Assembly (NCBI GenBank): GCA_013265495.1
Contig: MU058844.1
Location: 5,827,260-5,891,259, forward strand
Length of the DNA stretch: 64,000 nucleotides
Origin: Vicugna vicugna
Taxonomy: Eukaryota
Direction of reading: 5' to 3'
How positions within the stretch are numbered: position 1 is the first letter of the stretch; every line of letters starts with the position of its first letter. Positions 14,340-28,311 of the stretch are shown here, one piece after another. The notes under the pieces were generated by a model that had not been told where the DNA came from, searched no databases, and saw only the letters and a program-made list of their open reading frames with translations. The translations under genes were made by a program, and so were the position numbers.

Positions 14340-14810
14340 TATAAATTAATTGTATTAGTCATTTAGCTATTGTTGAATATCTGTGATAGTCCAGACACAA
14401 AGATGACATAACGTGATTTCCGTCCTTGAGTTTTATGACGGGAAGAGACAGACGTGCACAGAAGACTGCAATAGATGTAGTTCATCCTCTAATTGTAGTC
14501 TCGAGAAGTGAATGACCAACATTTCCGCAGGGGTTTCAGACCCTCACACAAAGTGACATTTGATCAGGGTTTTGTCTAGGAAAATAAAAATACATGTTCA
14601 AAAGCACTGAAGCTTGAAAGTTCACATGAAATGTGTTTGAAAAATGGCAAGTAGTTCAGTGTGGCTGAGGCATAAGATGCTTGGTGGGAGTGAAATGTAT
14701 GGCTAAGAAATTTATTTAACCAAACAGGCAATGAGAAACCAATAAAGGGATCAAAGTCAAGAGTGATCTGACCAGATTTGCATGTTAGGACATTATTTTG
14801 GCGGCAGAGG
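14340..14810 (-). mobile_element. L2 fragment
   Basis: Degraded antisense L2 motifs (aagtagttcagtgtggctgag, ggcaatgagaaacc, accagatttgcatgttag). Confidence 0.5.
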
Positions 14811-17800
14811 TATCTGCTTCACTTGTCTGATTGGCAGGAAGGGGCAATAAACATGATTTACAGAGGGATAAACTGAAAGGCCAGAAGGGTAGCTGCTGTG
14901 GGCACAGGAACATTACTTGGAGCCTGAACGCTTGGAAAAAGAGAGCTCCGGAAAGTTATAGTAAGAAAATGTCTTCCTTAATCTGTCACTGTTCCCCAGT
15001 GTCATTGTTATGTGCCATTTCTATCTTTGTTCGAGTTGTTACAGATGTAATAACTCCCCCTTCCTCCACCCCAGAGTCACCAGTGCACACCCTGCCCATC
15101 TCCCGATCTTGACTATGAGATTCATCTCTGGAATGTGTGAATTTTACATTCCTGTTTTTTCAGTAGTAACTGAAAGGTTATAAAAGTCCACATCATGTAG
15201 TAATTTTTTTACACATATTTTAAAGAATTTAAGGCCGATACACAAAAAGAAGTCACTAGGGGAATGCACCTAGCCAACCCCCCCCCAACTTTGTATACCT
15301 CAGTTCAACTTTAAAAAAAAAAGTAAGTTCCACTAGTCTTTGAATAAAATGTAATTATTGCAGAGTAATTAAAAAAAAAAGAAAAAGGAATCAATAAGCA
15401 AGCAAACAACAAAAAAATTCTGTTATGTAGTAAAATATGACCCTAAAAAACACCAATGCATTAGTGTAGGTGATAGAGATGATAAAGGAAAAAAAGTGAA
15501 TATGTTTAAAAATTAAATCCAGAAAATTGATGTTTTGAATAGGAGAGAATAATATGGGAATTACCAGTGGATTGTATCTGTACAAAGGCTATCAAATAAT
15601 ATTCATGATATGAGTAAAAACAATCAGAGAGTTTCAGAAATATATTATTATGAAATTGGCAAATTTAGAAAATTTTCAAGGTTTAGGAAATGTAAAGGAT
15701 GTTCTTCTTTTAAATAAGATGATTTAAATTTAATTAGTTGGATATTAGCTTTAAGGAAAACTACTTTGATTTTAAAATCAAGGAACTCTGGAGATTTTCC
15801 CCAATCTTGGCATGTTGTATTTTCTTATTTAACTTCTAATTTTATAATATTGTTTTAAATAGATTATTCTTTTTTTATACTGCATACTTTATTGGTTAAA
15901 TTAATAGTTTTCACAAACTGACATCAAATCCAACTAAGAATAGATATAGCATAAAGGAGCTAATGAGTTATTGGCAGAACAAAGGCTTAAATGATTTAAT
16001 TTAAATTAGCCAAAAGTATGCCTGAAATAATTTTAAAGAAAAAAAAATTATTTGTTGAAACTAGTGACTAGTATAGCAAACTCACTGATGGGCAACAATT
16101 AGCAACTATTTTGCTTAGCCAGAGAATATCTACAAATGGTCATTTTTCTCTAAAAATGACTATCTACTCCACTCCCATTTGTCCATCCTGGATGAGGATT
16201 TTCAGGAATTAGGCAAAAAAAAAAAAAAAAAAATTAGGGACAGAGGAATGAGAAAAGGGCTGAAGTTTGGAGATAGGAGAAAAAAGATATGAAAACATAC
16301 TTAAATCAAAAATAAAGATCAAATACAAACAAGAGACAGTTCTCCTTCTGTCCCCACCCATGTTAGCTTGGCAAAGACTTAAGGCTTAAAGCACTCAGTT
16401 GCCAACTAGAGTGTGAAAAAAGAAACACTCTCCTATGGTTCTGGTAGTACGATATTAGCATGAGTGTTGAAAGTGGGTCCTTTCAGTTTATGGGAATCAT
16501 GTATGGTTCTACTACAAAAATTAAATACACAAATTAATGAGAAAACTGGGTTAGGTGGGTCTTATAGACCGGGTAGTGTTCTCTTGTCAGTCATTCTAAG
16601 CTGTTTCATTCGTAGAAACATAATTTCATTCCTAGCAACATAATTTATGCTTTGTGGTTTATATTCCCTCGATTCCAATTATTTACCCATGTGGTTTTTT
16701 TTTAATCAGGATGTCTTTTGATTTCTGTTTGTCTAATACTTGTGTACAATTAGATCTAATATGTTCTCTTGTCACTTAATATTTCATATTTTGTATAATT
16801 TTTACAGTTGAGGTGCCTAGTCCCTCAACTAGATAGTCAACTCTTTGAGGCCCAGAAATTAATCTTAGACATTCTAGTGTCACCCCATTTCTAACACAGT
16901 GCTTTCTGTAAATTTATGATCAGTAGCTGTAGTTTGAATAATCATCACTCTTGCCACAAACATTATTATTATATAAAACATGCTAGTTGACACTGATGAA
17001 TTTTTTTTAAAAAGCACATATTTTACCAAAAACTGGTTGAACACCTACTGCTTGCCAATCGTGTACAAGACTCCAGGGATACAATTGTGCATGAAAATAA
17101 ACAGGGTCTGATTTATGTTCTAAGAGATCAGAACGATGTTAAATAATCACACTACTTAATATATGATTAAAACATGAGATAAGAGCTCTGAAGAAAAGAA
17201 ACAATTGTTTCATAGAGTTTTGAATTCTATATTCTCTAGCAAAGGACAATACTCATTTGAAACCAAGATTTTTTTTTCCTGATCATGCACTAAATATATT
17301 TCTCCAGAAGGTATCTTTACAACCACATGTGAGAATAATACTCTACTTCCTGTAAGTCTAGATGCACCTGTGGTCTAGGTGACAACCAGTATGTGTTTGA
17401 CTGTGGAAGGAGGTCCTGGACCCTCTTTCTCTGTTTCATGTTTCTGTGGATGAATTCTGCCCAGGGAATGCTCAGCTCCAGTGTCATAGGTGAGTCTACT
17501 TAGATGGCATCTTAAGTTCAAGAAAGGCAAGCCATACTCAATCAAGGGGCAAAATACCCTACCTTTTCAGTTTTAAGTGTCTGAAGATCATTAATTTGCC
17601 TTTTAGTTATCTCATCTATAGTGAAGGCAGTTTTCAAGGTTGAGCTAATGATTTTCCAATGTTGTAGGCCCCAAGCTTCCTTCAAAAATGTTCCAGTTAA
17701 AAACGTCACCATAGCTACTCATCTCATTTAGAAGTCAGCTTAAACATGTGGGCATTAACATGTGCAGGCCAAAGTATGTTATCACGGAACTAACACTATT

Positions 17801-20800
17801 CCTGGTTCCCCAAGGATCTTTCACTTTGCTTGGCTGACTCTGCAACTCCAGTAAAGTGCAGTCAGACTCCAATAAAAGAACAATTTGCCTCTTCTTTCCT
17901 TTGCTGCCGTTTGCATTTCACCACTCAGCTTACAGAGATGAAATCTATTACTCAGCAGGTAGTGCTTGCACAAATGGAAGATAAATTTTTCTTCCAGATA
18001 GGACAGATCAGTGAGAATCATAAAATATTAATGATGAAAGCTGTGGGAATTAGATAGCCCCCTGACCATAGGTTTCTCTTGACAGTGAAGCGCAGGCAGT
18101 TTAACCCTTTTTTTTTTGTAAGAGTCCCATCAAGAATGATATGAAGGGAAAATAATACATGATTTAAGAGTCAAATGAGCATAGATTTTTTGAGAAAGGT
18201 AATATTTCTGTCTTTCATTTTCTCTCATGTTTTGTGTTCCTTATCCGCAGTAAATTTCACTGAGTGATGTAGTGGATTTGATTTGATTCTGGAAGCTGCT
18301 CATGTGCTCAGGAAGGAAACTGCTTGAGTATAGCACAGAAAGTACACACTTCTTACTATATTTAACTTAATGCACAATATTATAATAGCTGGCATGTGAT
18401 TGAAGCAATTCATTTATCCAAAAAATTAGGGATCTTTTTAATGTGTATTCAAATATATGTCATTAAGGAAGGGCTCTGTATTCTTCAGAAAAGTAATTGT
18501 TACAGATATTTTTCACTTGCTGAGATTTTATCTTGACAGTCCTTCCATAGTTATTAAACATGTATAATTGTCTTTAGCTTTATATTTCTTTGTAGAATGC
18601 TTAGTCAATTACCATTGTCCTAAGATTTTTTTCAACATATGTTTTCAGTTTTTACAGAAACAAAGTTTACACTTATAAAATTTAAAGATCATAGAAATTT
18701 TTGATTCATTCATAATTCATTCATATTCATTCTTATTATGGCAAACTGAGTAATTATATATATATAAACATATTTATATATTATAAATTTAATTATCTAT
18801 GTTAAACATTTGAATAAAGTTTAAATGTTGGAAATTTATTAAAAATAATAAAATAATTTTATTAAGCAACTGTTTTTAAAATTCTTTAAACTTTTTATGT
18901 TAACATAATTGTAGCATGATTCACAATGCTTTTAATCATGCTAAAGAACAGAAGTATATAAAACTAACCATTGCTCATAGTAATGCCTCAAAAAGTAGGT
19001 AATCACCAAAAAATGAAAGTAAATACAACTAAATCATGTCTACTAAAATTTAAAACATATTGAAAGTGCTATTTAATATGCTAAGTCTTAATAATCAGAA
19101 AAATAAAGCATCCGTTTTCATCTGTACTCTTTATTTCTCTACCTAAATAGGAAAAATTCTTATAATAATAGTTCTGTTTTTATATCAAAATAATATTTAT
19201 TGAAAGAAAGTATATGATAATACAGTCAGAGAAATTTATCTTTGCTTAATTACCCTTTACTTAATTAAAAATTTTGTTTCATGTATCTTTTCTCTGGTAC
19301 ACCCCTATGATGAATACATGCACAATGATAGTCCAGATACAATCCTTATAGAGCACTAGTGAGTTCCTAAGATCTTGTGCTTACAATGTATGTTTAAGTC
19401 TCTTGTTGGTGATATGCATACAAGGATAAATCAGCAGATTCCATTTTGTTAATCAGCCTTTTAGAAACTTCATCAACACATTGCAAAAAAATCAGATCTT
19501 TTGTTAAAACATATCTTGAAATATGTTTAATTTCATGACGCTAGTAAGTTAAAAGACTCAGAAGACATAGGTCCATCACAGGACACCTGGTCGTCAAGCA
19601 TGCTGTTTCTTTCATGGTTGCCTGATCATCTGATGATCACCTCCAGCATCTGGAACTCGTTTATTAATATGTTCCATTCATAAGTTTGAAAACATAAACC
19701 AAATGCCCTGCTGTAACCAATTCTAAAGCTTGCATAGAATTCAACTTATTATTACTACAGCCTTCTGTGTGCCAAATTCTTTGGAATCTATAGCTAGGCC
19801 TTCTTAAGCCCTACCTCCTTTCTGTCCCACGCTGATGACTGTCGATGCTGCCCTCTCTGTGCTGAGATATAACCAATTAGCTGTAATGATAATAGCTCCA
19901 TATTGAGAAATGAATTTATTTGAAATGAGAATTCTAAAATGACTACTAACATTTTAAAATATCAATCTTCAATTGCAACTATTCTTGCTATATGCAGAAG
20001 CCACAAAAGAAAAAAAAATAGAAGAAAAATACAGAAATCCCAGTGCAGGTGTTGTTGACCACAGAAGCTGACCACAGCACATCTAAGTAGAGATGGAAAA
20101 AGCGAATAGAGATGTCAGGAAAGGCAGAGAAATCTGTGCCTCAAGAACATAGGAATTTTCACAACTAAACATTGTCTAAAAGAATAAATGTTTCTATAGC
20201 ATCAAACTTCAGGAAATAACATTATTGGCTCCTAGAGGTACCTAAAGAACACAGAAAGCACTAAACATTCAAAAATATAAATAGTACTTATAAGTTCAGT
20301 GGAGAAAAGCAGTGCAACGTAACAAAATATTTATTATTTAAACTCTCTTTGCTTAAAGAATATGCACATGACTTTAAAGACATTACTAGAGATTTTTCTT
20401 CATGTATTTGTTGTGTTATAGGTACACAGTTTTCCTCTGAATACCCTTGTTAACATAGCCTGGCAGACATTCAATAGCAAACTCTGTTCCAGGAAATGAA
20501 TTTATAATGTTATAGCAGGAACAATCTCTTGAATGTTGAAAACCTTTACATGAGTATAATACGATTGCATGGGAATAACAAATTTTCTAGAAATTTTTAA
20601 TTTTATTTTTATTAATAATAAAAACAGAGGATTGTATTAGTCATGTTGGACTTTCTTTTTTCCAGTGTATCAACATTTTCTGCACAGAACAGATTATGAA
20701 AACTTCTTTCTTAAGGTGAGTTTGGGTGTCATTCACAGTGTTTTGAGGGGCTATAATAATTTTTTTATATATCAGCAAAGACATCCCATAAATCAGATTG

Positions 20801-21099
20801 TCTTAGGATAGTTGCATACACCCAGACTGAGAGTGTTTTCTCATTAGTTTTATATACATAAGTCCTATTTATTCAACAGTACTACTTTCACTGTAAACTC
20901 TAAAGGATATTTATTGGAAATTTCTGAGTTTGTCAAAGCATGTAACTTGATATTTTGATTAAAACTTGGAAATGTTATTGATGCTAGGAGAAGAAAGCAA
21001 GTCATAGAACAAAAATAACCTTTACAACTAATACAATTAAGATATCTCCCAGTGCAAATGAATACATATATGAGAGTCATGTCAATGTCTTTAACTTCA

Positions 21100-22850
21100 T
21101 CCTAAAATAAACTATATTGACTGCTTTAATTACCATGAGCCATTTTTCTGTTAATACTGTGGGTATTTTTGCTCTATTATTCCAAGAGTTAGGAATTGTT
21201 GTTGTATTATAAATTAGTGTTATATTCGATTTACTCACATATTTACCACTTTTTTCCACCATGCTGTCTCATTAGATTGTCTACCTTATCTACCTGCTTG
21301 AAGTATGTCCATTAGACTTTCCTTTAATGAAGATTTCACTGTTTTTCTTTATCTGAAAGCATTTCTATTTTTATCTTGTTCCTGAAAATTAATTTCTTTG
21401 GACTGTGAGTCTACATTGCCACGGATTTTTCTGATACCGTTAAAGATTTGATTCTATTGTTTTCTGGGTTCCATTTATCAATGGGAAGTCCATTGTCTGT
21501 CTAGTTGCTATACCTGTGTAGGTAATTTGCTATTTCTCCTTGACTGCTTTTAAAATCTCCTCTTGATCCTTGGTGTTCTGAAGCTGGTTGTGATATGTGT
21601 AGTTTTTATGTATCCCACTTTAGATTTGCTGGCCTTCCTGATTCTGAGGATGTCTTCCAGCATTTCTAGAACTCCTCAGTCATTATCTCCTTTAAGTGTG
21701 ACTTCTTTCATTTTTCTCTATTTTTCATGTCTCCTAAGTTTTTTTCAAATTATTTCATAGTTTCTTAATACTATGTTCTTGGAATCCATATCCAGTTCAC
21801 TGATTTGATGTGTATTTGTAACTATTTTTTTTAGTATATAATAGATTTTATTGAAAAAAGTCAACTAAAGCATAATAGGATTGTTAGTAACAGTACTGTA
21901 TCACTACTTTATACCTCTTGATATTTTGTTTCTATACTAATAATTGGAACCACTGATTTGACATTCATTATAGTATATTCTGGTCCTTTCCCATCCTCCC
22001 CATATTTTATTTATTTATTTGTTTGTTTGTTTGTTTGTTTGTTTATATTGAAGTACAGTCGGTTACAATGTGTATATTTGTGACTTATTTTAAATTAATC
22101 TTTTTATTCTTTTAATTTTTATAATTTGGGGGTTACAAAATTCCATTTGAGTCTTTTACAAATTTAATAGTCCCTTTTTCTTGCTCTTATTTTCAGTTGA
22201 AACTCTGTTTTAATTTTCTGTTTCTGATTGCACTTCCATTTCCTGTTGTTTCACTTGTGAAATCTTATTTTCCCTTTGTGTTTTTGTTTTGACTATAATC
22301 TCATACATGTGGAATGTTACTGATGAAAATTCTTTAAGGCCAGACTTGGGAGATCCATTCTTAAAGTATTTGCTTCTACCAGTCATCCAGGGGGCACTAT
22401 CAACCCAGGACCACTTTTAAACTAAATGCTTTGTTTTCAAACTAAATGCTTTCAAATAGCATGAATGTAGATTTCAGATCTGTGATGAGGACCAATTTGG
22501 TAATATATTGCCTTTCAGACCCTTTTCCCCCATGAGGCTTATGTCTCATTTTGTGGGAGGGATCGTCTACTATATTTTTCACTCTGTCTTCATGAGGCAG
22601 TCAAAAGGGAAGCTCAGGCTTTCCAAAGATCTCTAGAAGTTCTCGTGTTGAAAGCTGGCTTTGGTGATACCTCTCAGGGTTTCTGCTTTTACTTTGATCT
22701 TAGTATTTTCAGATTTCTTCCTTTCATATGAGATCCAAGATTCTTAGAAAGTGCATACGTTTATTTGTATACATAATTTTATTTAACCATTTTCATCTTT
22801 TCATCAGGAAGTGTACTCTGGGTATATAGATCCAGTAGACTGATTTGAAG
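21100..22850 (-). mobile_element. Old L1M (L1ME-like) fragments, antisense, interrupted by a younger insertion at 21813-22091
   Basis: T-rich degraded antisense L1 sequence (tttctttatctgaaagcatttctatttttatcttgttcctgaaa, gaagtccattgtctgtctagttgct, ttttaaaatctcctcttgatccttggtgttctgaag). Confidence 0.55.
21825..22074 (-). mobile_element. Short L1 3' terminus with putative 3'-transduced segment
   Basis: Minus-strand order: L1 end cacattgtaaccgactgtacttcaat (22047-22072), (AAAC)n/(AAAT)n tail (22005-22046), about 170 nt of non-repeat sequence, AATAAA (21847-21852), A8 (21825-21832). Imperfect TSD on both sides. Confidence 0.7.
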
Positions 22851-24711
22851 CAGAAGATCAAGTGTTGGGGGTCTATTAAAGATGCTAATTGTGAATTATT
22901 TCTATTTCACAGACAGTGTAGACAGTGGTATTTTTCTCTTTTGACTCAACTTAAATAGCTGACCTCTGCTAAAACTTTATTCCAAACTAATGTCCTGCCT
23001 CTGCAATTCTCCAGCCTTGTCCTTCCATGATTCTGTTATGCTTCTGTTACTTCTTTCTCTTCCCTGAAGCAGAGACTTTATCACATTAATCTTACTAAAC
23101 TGTTAAGCCCTGTCAACAGCGAAAAGGGGGGTAGTCTGTGATTCTGCTTTTGAAGAAACCACTCCCCCAAAAAAACCCAAAACATAATGTGGGTTCCTCT
23201 TCTAATCTTTTAGACTCCCAAACACGCAATATTAATTTTATAGCCTTTAGAATTCTTGTAATTACCATTAATGCTTACTGTTTAAGTAAACGAGCAATTC
23301 ATAAAATGTCCATGCAGGCTCTCTAATGAAGTTACCCATATGGTTGTTGGAAAAGAGGGTTAAAATTAGACAGGGCAAGTACTCAAGTTTTTTATTCTTT
23401 TTACTCATATGAAAGATATGTATATAAAACAGCTGTCGTTGGCATTTTCCAGTATAAACATTTCAAAAACTTCTGTTTACTCCCTTTGGAGGCTGCCACT
23501 TCCACACTGGTTTAAATCAGCCAGATTTATTTGTAGAAAATAGTATTATAATATCCATGTACTATATTTTAATATAAAATCCAGTATTTTTTTACTTTAA
23601 ATACAACACATGTTATTCTTCTTTTTTTAAGATAATATGAAAATGACATTACAAAAACATTCAAATTATAACAAGCTGGGTTTTGAGGGAAGAAGAAGAT
23701 TTTCATCCATAAATTCCAATCCATCGGTACTGAGTTCCTTTTCATAAGCTCTTTTATTTTTTAATTTTCACTTTTCAGCAGTGTCTAGTAGCAATTAAAA
23801 TTCACAGTAACTTGTGTATTCTCAAATATTTGTAGTGTGTGTGGTTCACTTTTCCTTTCAGTGCATTGAAGGGTCAGGCTCTTTAATTACATTTTCTACT
23901 TCCTACATTTCCACTACTCTACCTATCTAAGGCTAAACCAAAGACTTAATAACAAAATACTGCGCTAAAGAGGCTATTTTATTCAAATACAGTCGAATTA
24001 TCCAGCTTCATATATGTTGGTGAGCTATTGTGCATTACAGTATATGCAGTATTAGCCCACAGAAAAGTCTAACTCCTTATAATCCTTTCATTACAACAGA
24101 TGCTTGATCCCATAGGACCTGTCTGCCACTTTTGATAAATATGGACTTCTCAGGAATTGAGCAGTTATTCTCTTTTTAAATTTCATTTCTTAACCTAACA
24201 TTAGAGTAGGGAAGCATTTCCAGTTCAAAATCCTTAGTTCTGACCTTCGTAGAATAAAATTTATGAGCAACTTAATCTCCCCAAGTGCATCGTTATCACA
24301 ATTCCAATGGAATTCTTCAACCTTCAACCTCGAGCTAAATTTGGCAAAACCTTGAATGGATGCTCTGTTAGTTAAAATTCTCAGCTTCTATATTTCTATG
24401 TTCCATGGAAATAATTGCTTTGTATAAAATCAGCAAGTAAATATTTGCCTACAGATTAGTTAAATAAGTATTGATCTAAGTTTTAGAAAGTGAATAAGCC
24501 CAGTTTTTCAAATATAAAATAATAAGGCTGAGAATAACAATATTATTCAAGAAATGAAAGTACATATATCCACAGTCTGTGGATCTTAAGGCTTTAGAAT
24601 TGCATAATATGCTAGAGGATATATGTCCTGAGGGACAAAGCATAGTAATTTTTTAACTTGAAAAAGTCTGAGAACTGCTACATTTTATTAATTTCTTCAT
24701 CGTCATGAGAA

Positions 24712-25191
24712 TAGCAGTTCTCAGACTTTTTGTTCTCAGAATGCTTTACTTCCCTAAAAATTATTTTGGACTCAAAAAAGGTTTGTTTATATGCACTTTA
24801 TATTAAAAATATATACATTTTAAGATAGTCATTTCCTTTAACATTAATAATAAACTATTACTTATATATAACATATTTTCATGAAAAATAACTGCATTTT
24901 CTAAACAAAGCAAAGTTTAGTGAGAAGAATAATCCTGTTTTTCATTTTTGCTAGTCTCTTCAGTGTGGGGGGGGTCTCATTTCTGCTCCTGTATTCACGC
25001 TGTTTTGCCATCAAACATTATGAAGCCTTTGGAAAACTGTATACTCTGTATACACTCTGTATACTCTTGACAGAGTAAGAATTTAAAAAACAACGTCTTA
25101 ATATAATTATCAAAGTAGTTTTGATCTTTTAGTTCCTCATAAAAAGGTGGTAGAGATCCCAGGTGACCCTAAAAAACAATGAGAACCACTA
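24712..25191. mobile_element. hAT-Charlie non-autonomous DNA transposon (MER119-like)
   Basis: Termini tagcagttctcagactttttgttctcag and tgagaaccacta resemble Charlie TIRs. Internal aaaattattttggactcaaaaaaggtttgtttat and tttagtgagaagaataatcctgtttttcatttttgc match recalled MER119. Confidence 0.65.
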
Positions 25192-25219
25192 CCTTGAAAC
25201 AATATATTGTCCTTCTGAG

Positions 25220-25628
25220 TCTACAGCTCACAAGGACGATTCTGCCAATCCAGGCTGGGCTTGACTGAGCCCTCTCGGCTTACTCAGGTGTTTGTGGTCG
25301 ACTGCTGGATTGTCTGGAAGGTGGCTGCTCCAGGATGGCCTTGGCTGAGGTCTCTGTACCTCTAGCAAGCTAGCCTGGCCTGTTCCCATGACAGTGAGGG
25401 GTCCAGGAGAGGGAGCTGAAGCGTGAAAGGCCTCTTGAGTTCTACGCTTGGATTGTGCACTGTTAAAGCTACAGCAGTTCTTTTGGCCAAAATGTATTTA
25501 AAAAGTCAACCTCCAGTTCATGGGTGGAAAACAGGCTCCGCCTCTTGATGAGAGAAGTTACAAAGTCATATTGAAAAGGGGGTCCATACAAGGAAGAACT
25601 GGGGGCGTTTTGTCAGTTAACCATGGCA
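25220..25628 (-). mobile_element. Old MaLR LTR (MLT1H/I/J-like)
   Basis: ccaggatggccttggctgag, caagctagcctggcctgttcccatgacag, ggctccgcctcttgatgagagaagttacaaagtcatattg. Confidence 0.7.
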
Positions 25629-27961
25629 TCCTAAATCTGCGCTCCCCCCCAAAAAATAAAAGTAATCCTTTGCCTCATTTTCAGTGAATTTAACTCTGTA
25701 GTAGGTACAGTAGGAATCTGTAAGGACATATTTAGAAGCTATCTTTTAAATTTATTAGTTTGGGCCCTACACTGTAAATGCTCAGGTGTAACCAGTGCCT
25801 TGGATATAACCAGGTCCTGAGAGATGGGCTCACACTAAGTAAAATAATAAATGTAAATATGAGTACATAGCAATATGAAATGGATGACAACTTTGCTAAT
25901 TTCTCAATTTATGATAAGAAAAATAAATATTATATGAGCTGGAAATATATGTATGGAGATAATCAGCAGAATCTCTTACTGTAGTTAAGTAATACTATAT
26001 AATACCACGCATATGCCATCAAAAATTCACTTTCACAGGGACCAGAAATAACCAAAATACATAATTTGAGCACATTTCCCCATTATAAGCGGACAAATAC
26101 AAAAATCAGATGTCAATTATCTAAACACCTACCACGAGGTCAGATGCGTAAGAGTCTAATGAAGTCAAGCTAAGAGAGCTACATCTGGTAACGGGATTTG
26201 TTTCTTCTCTAACAGAAGGGAAAATGCATGAAGTGTGTATATTGCATCTCTGTCCACCTCGAGGATAACCATATCGTTAGAACAACAATGCCAAAACCTT
26301 TCACAGCTTGGGTTCCCTTTACTCTGGGTCACATGTTGCATATTCGACGGTCTAGAATCATATAGGTACGATAAGTGAGTGATGCAATTCAGTAGGAAAA
26401 TATTGAGAAATTGGGGGATGGGGAAATTGTACGAAACTGAAGAGAGCCTTCCCCGTCTAAATGGAATGAGCTAATACTTAGGTCCAGCCAGTTGTTGCAA
26501 TGTGGGAATGGAAGCCCCTCTTTACTATGTACTCTAATTTAAAAAGAAAACTAGATATTTATCTAAAATTTTCCTTTTTTTCACATATTGCATGGACCAA
26601 GCCAATCTTGTTAGAAATTAGATTCTCCCTCAGGTGGCTATTTTGTGACACCTACATCGTTGAACATTGCAGATGCGCTCATGAAGTTCCCGTTTTTTAG
26701 GCTTTGTTTCCACTGATGTATTGCTCTGTTATTGATGCTCATGCATATTGATATTGATGTATGAATAGTGATATCATACATATGGATAATCCAGTCCTGC
26801 TCTTTAAAAATGTATGCAATCTGTTGTTCTCATGCATTAAAGTATAAGAGCATGTTAAACAAATCTAACTCAAATAAATAAAACTGTAAAAGGTCAGCAA
26901 AAACCAGAGAGAGTGGGAGAGGAACACAAATAATTGATATAAATTTGTACTGGGCAGTTTCACCCACCATTTCGCTTGGTACACACCCTGCTGTGACCCT
27001 GAGAATGAAACAGGAGATGTAAATCTGTTACTCCCACAGTTATTATTAGTTCCCATGTGTGAACATATACTCACCAAATGGAATGTGAGTCTAGTGCTTA
27101 AGATGGATATATTTCACACATGATGCCTAAGTCCAAATAGGGCTTACATTCGATTCTTAATAGAGAAAGCACAATCGTTCATAACACGGGGAGAAAAACT
27201 GACCATGCACGGTGAATCCAGTTTTAGTCAGAATATCAGTCTTAAACACGGCATGAACGTTCTACTTCTCCCTTTTTTGATGATACATGTTTTGTGCTTT
27301 AGTTGGGGACTTCAAATTTAATGGCTACATGAGACACTGTGACTTTAGACTCTAAAGGCAACTTGGAATATTTTTCATATCTATTCATTGAAAGTCAGGA
27401 AACTACCTATCCTAAGTTCTATCAATATGTCATATCAGTCACTTGGACTCTGTCGCATTGATTTTTTTTTCTTTTGCATAAATTTGTGGCTGGACTAATG
27501 ATCTTCACATTTCTTTGTAGCTTGAATATTTTATGATTGACGTTTAGTTCATTGTTGAAATTAATATAAAATAAAGTATGCTTTGAACCACTGAGAAAAT
27601 GATAAACACGTTCCTCCAGATTACCACATAACTCGTATTTTATTAGAAAGCAATGCATAAATGTATATCATATCTAATCAATCTTTAGTCTTGCCTCTTC
27701 AACTTTTTTTTTTTTAAAAGCAACCTAATGCTTTGTGCATAATAGATTTCTCAACAAATATTTGTTCGTCATTGATACCGGTGAACTTTTCCACGTAGTG
27801 TGCACCGTGCACAGGTAGCCACGTTCACTAGTACTTAGACACATTACAAGCCTCATCTCATAAATGCATAGTGAAGTGAACACGGTCTCTAGCACAGACT
27901 ACCATGTTTTCTATTCTACAATCATACTGGTTGCAACTTGAGTATCAGTCTGTAGACGCAA

Positions 27962-28311
27962 TGTCTTGGCCTGTTCAGGCTGCTATGACAAAATATTACA
28001 GCCTGGATAGATTATCAACAAGAGACATTTATTTCTTACACTTCTGGAAGACGGAAGCCCAAGATCAGAGTGCCAGCGTGAGTGCTTGAGGGTCCTTTTT
28101 AGAGCTGCAAACTTCTGATCGTGTCCTCACATGGCAAAAGGCACAAGCTGGCTTTCAGGGGCCCCACTTATCAGGGCTCTGATCCCATTCATGAGGGCTC
28201 CACTCTCACGACCCAGTCACCTCCCAAAGTCCCCACCTCCTCATCAGTCACCTCGGGTGTTAGATTTTCAACAGATGAATTTGGGAAGGGGCACAGACAT
28301 CAGGCCATAGA
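27962..28311 (-). mobile_element. MLT1A-type solo LTR
   Basis: tgtcttggcctgttcaggctgctatgacaaaatattacag...gatcccattcatgagggctccactctcacgacc...ttcaacagatgaatttggg; homologous along its length to the 275-630 element. Confidence 0.82.
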
